DNA from: Camelus ferus
Taxonomy: Eukaryota
Length of the DNA stretch: 64,000 nucleotides
Assembly (NCBI RefSeq): GCF_009834535.1
Contig: NC_045697.1
Location: forward strand, 47,060,001 to 47,124,000
Direction of reading: 5' to 3'
The notes beneath the pieces are model-generated. The model ran no database searches and had not been told where the DNA came from. It saw only the letters and a list, made by a program, of their open reading frames with translations. How positions within the stretch are numbered: the stretch's first letter is position 1; each line of letters starts with the position of its first letter. The position numbers and the translations under genes were made by a program. This document shows, piece after piece, positions 52,824-64,000 of this stretch.

Positions 52824-53514
52824 GTAGGTGTCTCTTTTTTAGTGATTCTGAACTTTATTCTGAATATATGGTGGAGGTATATGCTTCAGAGCATCAAAAC
52901 TTATTTATTTTTTCAATATTATTGATTATAGAATGGCTCTTCTACTCTTAAATGTTGTCTAAAACTTTTTAACTTTCAAATGGCTTTCACAAACTTTTTC
53001 TTTCACTGCCACAGTATGAGTCCAATAGATTAGGTTCCCACCATTTCATGATTATGAACTTGTGACAAAGCTGGGAGTCTCCTGACTCCCAGCCATGGCT
53101 TTTTTATGGAATATCGGTTAGCAATTACCATTTACTTCCTTGTATACCAACTTTTGCATAAAATTAATTTATATATGCAGAGACCCATAAAATAAACAAG
53201 AGCCAAGGAAAGTAAGAGGATATTGAAAAGGAGCCAGGTTTAGGATCACCTCACACTGTATCTGTCCCAAGTTTCTGTGAAATAGACAGAGCTCACCAAT
53301 CTGGCTTTCAGCTTCCTGGCACCCAGTGCTAAGAGGAAAATAATGTAAGTTAAGGGTCCTCATGTCACCCAGATAAACACAAGCGAGTAACTTAAGGACA
53401 GATTTCCTTTCTTCTTCAGTCCAGAGGGGAAAAAAGAAATCTTCTGATGGAAAAAAACTAAGAGGGCTACTGGGTAGAGTGAATAATGTTCTCCAAAACA
53501 TGTATCTGCTCCGT

Positions 53515-53745
53515 TAGGAGCTTCAGCCCTGGAGCCAGACGGCTTGGGTTCCAGTCCCCTGCAGCCGCCTACCAGCTGCATGGGCTAAACAAGTTACATA
53601 AGACTTCTCGGCCCAGTCGCCTCATCTGAAACATGTGATACTCCTTTTCTCTCAAGGGGTTATTGTGAGGATTAGATGAGAAAAGGTGCATGAAACATTG
53701 ACTTCCTCACAAGTGGTGAGCACTCTGTAAATCTTAGCAGTTGTT
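53515..53745 (+). mobile_element. MIR SINE in intron 5
   Basis: ctggagccagac...cctcatctgaaa...ggttattgtgaggattagatgaga. Confidence 0.75.
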
Positions 53746-54699
53746 ACCATGATACCCCTTAGCCCCAGATTCGTAAGTGAAACACATGGCTTAGTAAGGG
53801 ACAGAGTGACGGAAGTCCAGGTGAGCTTTGGCTCGAGTCCAGAATAACGCAAGACATAGAGCAGTGGTCTTTCAGTTTCGGGCCAGAAGTAGGGGAGCAG
53901 TTTAAATAAAAATTGCAATTGTCCCCCCTTCCTCCTGGGGTAAGAATCTCCTACAGTGAGTCGAAGAGAGGGTTACGGCACTCGTCACGTGTGTTGGGGA
54001 GGAAGAAAGGATGAGAAAGCCTTACTAGAGAATGAGTAGACCACGGGCATTCCTCTGTGCACTTGATTTTTCACCACCGAGTTTTAAATAAGAATGAAAT
54101 ACAAAGAAGAACCTGAGTGTAAACATCAGGATTCAGGAACATAACTAGGACATGTCCCTGAATTGAAGACCACCCATCCTCCAAGCAGGGTCAGAATTTC
54201 CCTCAGAAAACAGTTCTGGTAAAATACATTTTTGTATCACTTTATTAACTATTAATGTCTTCTTCATAGATACATGTACATGTAGAAAATTAAGCAATTG
54301 AAGTTCTCTGCATTACGCAGTTATGGCCGTAGTGTTTTTAGGCCTTAAATTCAGATCAAAACTTCCCAGTTGTCTAATATAGGACACCTATAAAAGGTCA
54401 AATGTTATGTAACTTAACTTTTCTCAAGGTGAACTTGACATAAAATGTGCTCCATGTAGCTGAATGTGTGGAAGTATAGGTACATTTAAGCAATGGAGAT
54501 ACAGAGACCATAAATTGAAATCTCAGATGTTCATGAATGAATGGCTTAGAAACCTTGTCTGATCAGTCCTCATTTATTACCTGGTCCTAAAGAGAAACAT
54601 GTGTAGTGGTGGTGGGATGGTGGACGAATACTGTGAAATCAAAAAACTTCAACTTCATCTCAGGTTAAATTTTTAAAAATATTTAACATCACAATGGTG

Positions 54700-54882
54700 T
54701 TTGATGGGTTCAAGGATCCCCAAAATGTCCATGGACAGAATTTATTGGCTCTGTAATACTTGTTATTACAATTAATCAGTTTTCTTTATAATCCTCAGTA
54801 TTGTATGCTTTTAAAAATGAGTCTGTGAGCTTCACTAGGCTGGCAGAGGGTCCCATGGCACCAAAAAAATTGTAAGAACCTA
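54700..54882. mobile_element. Non-autonomous hAT-Charlie-type DNA transposon fragment
   Basis: gtccatggacagaatt...gcttcactaggctggcagagggtcccatggcac...taagaacc; subfamily uncertain. Confidence 0.5.
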
Positions 54883-55713
54883 CACAGAAAGGATTCTATT
54901 GACTTAAAAATCTCCATACTGTACTGATTATTATTCTTGGCAAGAAAAGACAGTGATGGTTAGAGAATATTTACATTACATAATGTAGAAGCACCATGAG
55001 TAAGAAAAAGTTATTTACAATTAAATTTCTATAGCTCTGTATTTTGTTATTTATTTACTTTGTCGTTTTTCAAGACGCTCCCCATGTTAGTTATTTACTC
55101 TCCTTGGAATTTAAACTTTAACCACATAGAGAAATTAAGTAGTTATCCTAAGTTGTATATGAATTAATCAGACTTAGCTAATTAACCCATTACTAATTAC
55201 AGTTTGCCAATTATTCCATTAGTCTGATATCACAAGATTTGGGTTTGAGCTTTCTCTCTACACACCTGCTTAAAATACAAAGTGCTTTCAGCAGACTTAC
55301 ACCCAAACACAGCAGTATATCTGCTTCATACCTGACCAACTTTACAGCACTAATTTCCTTTGTTTCTCTCATGTGATGTCTTTTCTTCACCAGGTATATA
55401 AGTTGAGACGTGGGAGACAAAAGGTCAAATTCCTGAAATTAACCCAATCTTGATTTTGAAAAGACATTTGGAATAATATTTCAGAAATTCACCAGGATAC
55501 TTTATGAGTAAAACCTTAAAGCCAGACTCAAATATAATCTTTTCTTTATAAAACATTTGGGCCTGAATTAATCTCCAGTCAGTCTCTAGGTGCTCTGAGA
55601 TGGCCAAAGTCTCTTTGCTGCTGAGACATATTTCCAAAGCCACAGATGGTAATATATTTTTATTTTAATATCAAAATATTACAACCAATATTCTTCTCTA
55701 CCTTCCCTTCCAG

Positions 55714-55856
55714 GACAACTAAACTACCTCGGGTCAAGCCACCAAATATGGCACATCCTTGCAGTAGTGATGTTATATTGGTGGCACCAGTCCACAGTGT
55801 ACGTCATGCAGTACAGACATAGCGAGCCCTGTCCTGACTATGTTTCACATTTGTGA
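55714..55856 (+). CDS. PAQR3: PAQR3 coding exon 6 (terminal; absent from the ORF track)
   Basis: Acceptor ttcccttccag|; (G)QLNYLGSSHQIWHILAVVMLYWWHQSTVYVMQYRHSEPCPDYVSHL-TGA with the HxxxH motif; total CDS 936 nt = 311 aa + stop. Confidence 0.97.
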
Positions 55857-58480
55857 ACTCAGGTATGGCCGCCTGATGTATTCACTTGTAAGCAATATAT
55901 AACGGGGAGTTGTATGCCCCACTATTTCTAAGATTCCCACTGGTTTTTCCTCTTCCCTCTGGTTTAATATATCATGAGTAATACTTTCTAAAAATGGGAA
56001 AATGTACTTGGGGATCTGTAATAGTCACTGCTTCATGGGCCCTTAAAACTACTAATTCGCTGCTTGTACAGAAAGTGAAAAGTAGTTGGCATTCGTAAGA
56101 AACATCTGAATAACAATGGATGTGAAGCCAGTGTAGAAGTAGTACTCATTTTACTGAACACCAGCTTAATTTCCTTAGGAAGGGCTCACCTCCATTAGAA
56201 AATGGAGCCATCCTGTGTGATTGCTGTAATAGTAGGTATTTACAGTCGACGATCAAGTTTAAGTGCCTAATCAAGGCAAGGGTTGCAACAGCCTGTGCTT
56301 AGCACAAGCTGATGTGATTTTGAGTAATCACTAGCCCTTAAATTGATGGTTTGTGAGAATCCGGCACTTAAGATATCATTTCCTTCAGCTGTAGGTTCTC
56401 CTCTCCCTAGGGACATTGGATTTTTCAGTTTGCTAGAACAAAAACTTCAGATCTCTTCTCCTTTAAGTTGAGAGGCATGAGAAGAGGAAGAGAACTTGCA
56501 TTGTCATTTCCCATCAGGTAAAAATCATATTAAAAACTGCTTACGTGACCAGGTGACAAATTCTGTGGTCTAATAACCAAGTTATTAGCCATTTAAGCTT
56601 CTCAATTTCAAGTAATATTATTTAATTCCATATAATAATTGAACTCTTGCCAGTGGATGGCAGATTTGGGGTTCCAAAATTCCTGTGGCAGAAGAGTTTT
56701 CACCTCTCTGAGTTCGCAGTCTTAAATGTCCTGATGATGGGGGTTCCCAGCCACATGGGTGCTACTTTCAAGGCCATAGAATCCAGAGGGCTCAGTCTCG
56801 ACCCCAGAATGAACCTTAAGCCTTAGAACAAAGTCATGTAGACGCCCCATTTGATGACATGATTATTCACCTGTGCTCCAGTCTGTCTCTGCTTATGCAT
56901 GTGTTATTGTACTAATAACTCACAGAATTGATATATACTATCTAGTATTTGGGCCTGAGACTTTAAATTTGCTCTTTATTGTATATACTTGAAAAATAGA
57001 TCCCTCTGCCCTATCATACAACATAGTGCTCCTATTCTCTGGTCTTTTCATTTGTGTAAGTTAAATCCTTTAAAGCAGCCATTCATAAAAACATGTCGTT
57101 TACTGGAATATAAAATATTACCCAAGTTTCTTAATGGGTTGACATGAGCTGCTCTAAATACTGGTATATCTTCAGACCAGTGGAAGTTGTGAAAATCAGG
57201 AGGTGTGACCGATGGTGAAGCTTACTCCCCAAATGCCATTTGTACATCTGGTATTTAGAATGTTTCTTTAATGTGCCTCAGTTTATGCATCTGTAAAATT
57301 CTGTATTTCTTTTCAGTGTAGTGTTTTTGGAGTATAAGTTCCCCACACTAGTATTTCAGCAAGGAGAACACCCCCCTAGGAGGCTAAGGGCGCACCATAT
57401 TGCACCCATTATTATGATGGGACACCACTTTGAAAATGGCTTTTTTACCTTATAAGGCCAGAAATTTGATTCATATTCTAAGTGAGGGAAGGTTTTGGTG
57501 AAATGATACTAGGATATATTTTCCCTAAAACATAACTTATTGGCATATATAATATTATTGCTTTTAAACAGAAATTTTGTCATTTTGGCCAAACAAAATA
57601 CACCTGAGTAGTTATAATTAATTTAAAAGTGAAGGAGACATCTAGTTATTTTAGGCCTGGCACCATTTTTATTATATATCTTCTCAAAATCAAAACATAT
57701 TGAACCTTCATTTTCATGTTCTTTTAATTGTTAGTCTATTTTTTATTGTAGTGTATGAAGTATTTCATACTTGCCATCTGACTTAATAGATAAAAGACCA
57801 TACTTTAAGACTTTTTTGAACTTAAAAAGCATACAGGTCTTACTGTAGAGAGAATTAAATTATACCATGTAAACATTTTGTCTTTTTATGAAAATATTAA
57901 ATATTGTAAGAAAGCTCTCTCATTTTTATCTTTACTATGATGTACTTATTATTAAGCAGGGAGTGAATGAATGCGGGTTGCTGTCAGCTATAAACACTTA
58001 TGTGTATCAGCATTTATTGACCACCTACTGTGTGCACATCACTACTGGGAAAATTTTTAAGGCATTGTTAACATTAAAGAATAACTATTTAAAAATTGCC
58101 TATGAATCTGAGCCTTATAATAATGTATATTTAAGTTATTTGTCTTTATTATAGATGTATTAAAATAAGATTAAAAGTACACTATTCAGCTGCAGTACTA
58201 AAAAAGACTGGTTTTAATTTTACCAATGTGTAAACTATAAAAGCTCTTTACCTACAGACTTTACAAGGACATTTTAAAATTATCCATGGCTGTTTTAAAT
58301 TGTCTATAGTGATTTATAAGTTTGTAGTTAACTCATTAAAGAGAATTATCTTTCTATATAAAACCATTTTCAAATAGCAAGATAGTGCTTGTCTTTTTTG
58401 TTACTACAGAGTGCATTCAGTAAGCTGCATGGCAAAATATGTATTATGTAAATAAACCGGGTTTACTAAATATATTAAGT
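55857..58480 (+). other. PAQR3: PAQR3 3'UTR (~2.6 kb)
   Basis: AT-rich, repeat-poor stretch after the stop, ending at an AATAAA preceded by TGTA motifs; end position inferred. Confidence 0.65.
58451..58456 (+). terminator. PAQR3: Polyadenylation signal AATAAA of PAQR3
   Basis: tatgtattatgtAAATAAAccgg with upstream UGUA elements and a downstream U/GU-rich tract (tgcttgtcattcttt). Confidence 0.65.
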
Positions 58481-59404
58481 GCTGCTTGTCATTCTTTATA
58501 ATATAACAGCTTCAAAATCATATTTTAGAATCAGGAATGAAGATTCAGGGAATATGTGTCACTTCTTATGGCATCCCACCTGGACAGAATAACCGATTTG
58601 AAGATTGTGATTGCCTGGCATAAAGCTGTACAACTCTCCATTTGGCAGGTACCTACCTAGAGATATCCTTTGCCCTGCATTAAACATCAAGGGGCAAAGC
58701 CCACACTTCTGGGTTCCTGCCACGTGCTGAGCTGAGTAGGTCGGTATTCACTTGTAATCATCATTCTGGGTAACTTCACCCCTGCCGAAGTGCGTGCAGT
58801 GAAAAATCAGCTCAGCTGTTACGGGAGGGGCAGGCGTGTCTTTCACGTGGATTATCACAGTATTCGTGTCTATACTGAAGAGAGGTTCAGATGCTGCTGT
58901 GTACCAACGTCCCCTGAAATTCTGCACCAGACTTCCTGAATAGGAGAGTGAAAGTGATCCAAAACCGAACCTACCTTTGAGAAAACACGTTCGCAAGGGA
59001 GACGTAGTTACGGTGGGGGTCTCTTGTGAACAGTTACTGTTCCGTCCTGAGCGGGCGGGGATGTTAGCCACCAAGGTTCTAGTCTTGCTCTCTAAACCTG
59101 GGATCAGAAACACTACGGAACATACATGTAAATCAGTAGTGCCCACAATCTGGAGCAAAAGTGAACTATCTTTAAATGTGCAACATATAAAACCTCAGAA
59201 GCTCGTGCCTTCAGTAAGAGAATATTAACTACATCTTACCTATGACGCTAGGGCGGGGCTTATTTTAAAAGGGATTCGCTATTCAAAATAAACGGCTGCC
59301 ACTGCAGCATAGCTTCTTCTCTAAAGAAGGTAACTGTAACTGAGTTTGAACAGTGGTATATGCCACACTCTTCTCTTTTTATGGAGCTTTTCTCATTCAT
59401 GATA

Positions 59405-62400
59405 TTTTGCTCCTTTGTACCGTTTATTAAAAAGAAAGCCCTTATTTTTCCACATAATTTTTGATAAATGTTACTCCTTCTGAAAAAAAAAGTTCATTCA
59501 CAGCAAATAAACTGAATCTTGCCACAAGCCACCAAGCTTCAACTCCAGTTTGTGAAATAATACATAACATAATATTGCAATCTTGATACCAAATGCAGTA
59601 AATAGGTTTTCTCTTTAACATACCAAAGCCTCCTTTCTGATATAATCAAGGATTGCAATACATTGCTTAACCAGTTTTCAAGTTAAATATGTTACCAGTT
59701 TCAAAAGTGTAAAAAAATAAATTACGTATAATGTAAACACTATGCCAAACATTCAAAAACTACTTCAAAGTCATGTTTTTGCCCTACCTTCATCATTGTA
59801 CGTATCAGTAATTGTAGTGCCTGAGCAAGTTGTGCTGTTGTTTTTGCTGAACAAATACTGAGTCGAAATGTGTTTCCGTCCTTAAACCCAAGACTGAGCT
59901 CCTTAGAGATCTAATCCACTTCATTTTTCTGTTCTGTTAGCTCTACATAATAGGTGCTTAATGTTTGTGGTACAAAAGGAAGAACTGACTAGAAGTTTAC
60001 AGCCAAAAATTTTAATAAGAAGACAAATAATGAGACTCCAGAAGTCAACGATTATAAAGAATATGCAATCCATTTGGGATTTATTGCATTTAAAGGAAGC
60101 AGACTATTAAAAACAGTAGGTATGATAAATACAGTAAGAAAATAACTTTAAATTTCAAACAAAACAAAGTGAATGAGGGACAGAATTCAGTCAATAAGAA
60201 TAAGCAATGTAAAGGCAACATACTAGTAAAATCAGTTAGTGCTTAATTAGATATAGGACAAAAAAAAACCAAAAACTGGTTCTATGTCATAACAGTTTCC
60301 TAACAGCTATATCTGAGGATTGAAATTAGCTTTAGAAAGTATGTTTTTAACAATTAGAAATATAATAAAGATGTAAATCAGGTTTATTAAAAGTTAAAGT
60401 TATTTGCTTAGTGGTACATAAAAGGCTTCAGAAAATTCAAGTTTAACAAAAAATGGAAGTGTAATCAAAGAAAGTGCACTTAAAGCTGTTTGCCAGCAAT
60501 TAAAAAGTAGCTTACTGTTACTAGACTGCTTACTATTCAATGACTTTTCAATCACAAAAAGAACGTAGTAATAAAAACAATTCTCTTTCAAAAGTAGCAC
60601 AATAAATTTTTAAATAAAAATAACCCCAAATGGTGGCCCTTTGCATTTTCATCTGCCTACCTTATTCTTTTAGTGGCTTTTGTCAACCCTCACTAGGAGT
60701 GAAGGTTCTTTTAGTAATGATTGTGGTTGCAATTCCATTTAAAATTTAAAAATTCACATTAATTCCACGGTAGAGAGATGTGCTGTGTGCATGCATGCGT
60801 GTTTATACATTTACCTTAATATATAAACACCACTGTGTATAAGTTTTCAAATAAACTATCACGTTATTCTCACAGTAGATATGTCATCTCATTCTCACAG
60901 TAGATCTGTCAGCTCAATATTGGACCTAAAATGATAAGTAATTGTGCTAAAAAAAAAAAAAAGACAAAGGACAAGAAAAAGCTTACTGCACATTCTACAT
61001 ATTAAAACAAATGTACCCCAAATCCTCAGACCCAGTGATATTAATACACGTGTACCTTCTAGCAATGCTGACATGAAGTACCAAATCCTAAAATAAACCA
61101 AGCAGAGAATAAGCTGAAGAGCAGGGAAACGACTCCGCCTGCTGCTCGCCAGCCTGGAGGAGTGGGCTCCACCTCAGTATTTCCCACCAGCAAGACGAGG
61201 ACAAAACAGTCTGTCGCTGTCAGGCAATAATCAGGGTAGGATCAAAAGCTGTGTCTATCTACAGTTCCAAATAATGTCATAACTGTGCCCGGGGACACAC
61301 ACACAGGGAGGGGTGAGGTGTGTCAGTGGAAGAATTACACTCTTTCCCAATGGATACTTCTCAATAAATATTCTAGTTAGTTAAACCTTCATCCAGCCTA
61401 CCACCTTTCCTCCTCCACCTAATACACATACCAAGCAACTTTTGTGTGTTAGCACATACATTCCTCAATGCCATAGAAGCTGATCTTTTAACACTAACAT
61501 TTTGCTGAAGTGATAATATTAAAATAATTAAGCAAGTGGTCCACTTTTTAAAAGATGATTTAAAAATCAACAGGCATTCTTAAAGCTGTTAGGACAGAAA
61601 TAACTTTGGCCTCAGACTTTTGCTAGCTTCATAATACTTTACTTCCCTTAGTGATGTTCAAGTATTGCAGGTTTAGAGTTTTGACTACTTTACATGCTAA
61701 AGAAGCTCAGAGGACACCTGATTAATAGGAACATAATTTCTTTTCAACTTTCCTTCCTTGAACAAGAATTGGACCACCCCAAAATAGAGCCAAACCTTTA
61801 CTGAGGGCTGTGTGCAAGTACATATTAAGCTCCTTCATATGACTTCGGAGCTTTATTCTCATAATTCTCATAAGGGAATTACCTGGGCATCAGCTGTGGA
61901 GTGACCTCCATCCTAACAGAAGTAGGAGAGAACATGATGGGGAATGAAAAGCAACCCTAATTCTCTACTCCTTGGGAAAATGCCTCTACTTCACCACAAA
62001 GGAATCTCCCCATTTCTATCCCATTGGATCCCCTACTAAGTCCTAAATGTTTTCTCTGAGCTATAATCTCAAAAGGAAAGTCACTGGGGTGTGATATAAT
62101 AAACTTAAGAACGTAAATATTTTAAGCTATGTCAGAGTGTTTCCTTAGAATTTATCCAGCATTATAAGCCAAAGTGTCTATCAGTGTCTACATCATTTAA
62201 AATTATTCAGTGTATTGAGAAACAAGTGTAAGCAAGGCCTTGGTATCAGATGGACTCTAGGTGTTTCGTGTTTACATCCCAAAGAGACCCCTTCTAAATT
62301 ATGAAACTCATGAGGTCTAGCAGAGACCAAGGCTAAGGACTAAAATAGTCAAAGAATCATACTGGGTATACGTTAACCAACGGATTTTTGCTTTTAAAAA

Positions 62401-64000
62401 ATTGTTTGATACAAACCTACTGTAGTTCATGAATTTACTATGTGTAATCATCAACTTCACTTTTAAAAGAAAGTTATCACTTGAATCTACTTTGTAAAGT
62501 TTTAAAGAAGATCTACTTGAGCATTTGCATTAGCAGGATTAATCGACCTGAGAATCAGAAAAAAAAAAGGTGCAAACATAAGATTTGCCTTTGGCACAAG
62601 GACAAGTAACTGGTGCAGTCGGGCTCGAAAAGTACAACTTTACGCAGTAATGACATGCCTGGTCTGCCTCTGCTACGCTGTGATTCACATATTGCTTCCC
62701 GGTTGTCTACAAATGTGTATCTGATTTAAAACATAAAAGAGAAAAGAGAAGTGATAAAAAAAAAAGATACAGTTTAGTTACATATACTTTGCTGCTTTCC
62801 AAGTGTAGATCTGTGTGTGGAAACAGGCAAATAACTCATCCCAACTGGGGCATTATAATTAAGAGAGTCTAATAAGGTTACGCATAAAATACATTTTAAT
62901 TGGGCTCAAAGAGAGTTAATTTAAAATAGAGCAATCAAAGAGAATGCCAGTTGATAATAGTTTCCACTCCTTTTTGTAAATAGCTTTAAGGGTTCTAGTA
63001 ACTTCTAAACGTTAATTTGATAAGGAAGGACAGTAAATTATAACTTAAAATGGAGACACAGGAAGCACAGATACCATATTCACATTAATTCATATATGTC
63101 ATTTCTATCTTATTAAACAATTTCTATAAAATCTCAAGTTTCTAATTAGGATTTGTGATGTAAAAAAAAGGCAATTTGGTAGCTGGGTTCTTTTCGCTAA
63201 AGACAATCAACTAACTAGCAGAGTTCAGATGCTAGTCGCTCATCACCTGCCACCTACGGCCACTCTGAGATCTCGTGTTAGTGCAGAGGTACTTGCAGCA
63301 GGATGTGCGAGTCCCGCCAATAAGGCTTTGTGGGTTCCACTGTTCTGTGCACTTTATTAAAACTACTCCACCCTCCAGACCGAACTAAAAAACTGCTGCT
63401 CATGACTTGGGGACTAGTTGGTGAAGGTGGTAATTTAATAAAGTACATTAGTAAATGCAACATGATTTTACACTGTAAACGTCTCACAAACTCAGGGTTT
63501 CAGCTACATATTTTCTCCTAAAAGAAAATTTCTATATAACCCTTGTCCTCACTCCCAGTTTTTCCAATAATCTGCTTTCTTAGGGACATGATAAAGTTTT
63601 GAGCAAGAAGCCATTATTCAAAAAACAGAACATAAAGTGTTCCTTAAGTACTGAGTGTTTTTTTCTCTTGTTTTTTTTTTTTTCTTTTATGTTTTTCCAC
63701 CGGTCAGATATTTATATTTATTTTCTAGGCTTCCACATAGATATTCCGTATTAATGGCACTTTTTTTTTTTTTAAATGAAACAGTTTTAGGCACAACAGT
63801 CAGTGACTTCTGGCTCTGCTTTGTAGAGAAAGGTGTAAGGACTGCATTCTCCAGATTATAATTTTCTCATTCTTCATGAGAACTTGATTTTTGTTTTGCT
63901 TGTTTTACCATGTGGAAATTAGAAGAGATCTTAAAAAAAAAGAAGTCCACAAATGCAGCTTGTGTATGTACAAATAGCCTTGGTTTTAAATGCTGGATTC
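59405..64000 (-). other. BMP2K: Probable long 3'UTR of the convergent neighbouring gene (BMP2K by synteny)
   Basis: Repeat-poor AT-rich sequence with minus-strand AATAAA at 59423-59428, 60080-60085, 60383-60388 and 63353-63358; BMP2K is tail-to-tail with PAQR3 in human (recalled); no coding exon visible. Confidence 0.5.

Noticed and set aside
58748..59158. 136-aa minus-strand ORF
   Set aside because: Non-ATG start, no recognisable domain, no splice context; not BMP2K-like as far as I can tell
1..64000. CRISPR arrays, operons or prokaryotic defence systems
   Set aside because: Sequence is clearly mammalian; no regularly spaced repeat-spacer arrays or dense intronless ORFs

Overview
Mammalian genomic DNA, probably from a camelid (two tRNA-derived SINEs resemble the camelid VIC-type family, and the young L1 and LTR copies look cetartiodactyl). 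The window holds one complete protein-coding gene, PAQR3 (RKTG), on the + strand. It has six coding exons (37314-37498, 40758-40920, 46745-46900, 49700-49897, 52733-52823, 55714-55856) joined by GT-AG introns, giving 936 nt = 311 aa + stop. The gene has a CpG-island promoter (~36.9-37.6 kb) and a ~2.6 kb 3'UTR ending near AATAAA at 58451. The last ~4.6 kb is repeat-poor and is probably the convergent 3'UTR of BMP2K; this rests on recalled human synteny, as no BMP2K coding sequence is visible. The upstream ~36 kb is intergenic and rich in L1, L2, MIR, MaLR, ERV LTR and hAT elements, several with intact target-site duplications. I found no convincing novel protein-coding or CRISPR-like system. 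The best leads are regulatory: an LTR cluster with STAT/AP-1 motifs 5-7 kb upstream, a possible spliced divergent lncRNA, hairpin/G4 structures at the promoter, a splice donor just after the stop codon, and a CpG/E-box-rich patch between the two convergent 3' ends. Repeat family names come from recall of consensus sequences, and repeat boundaries without TSDs are approximate.
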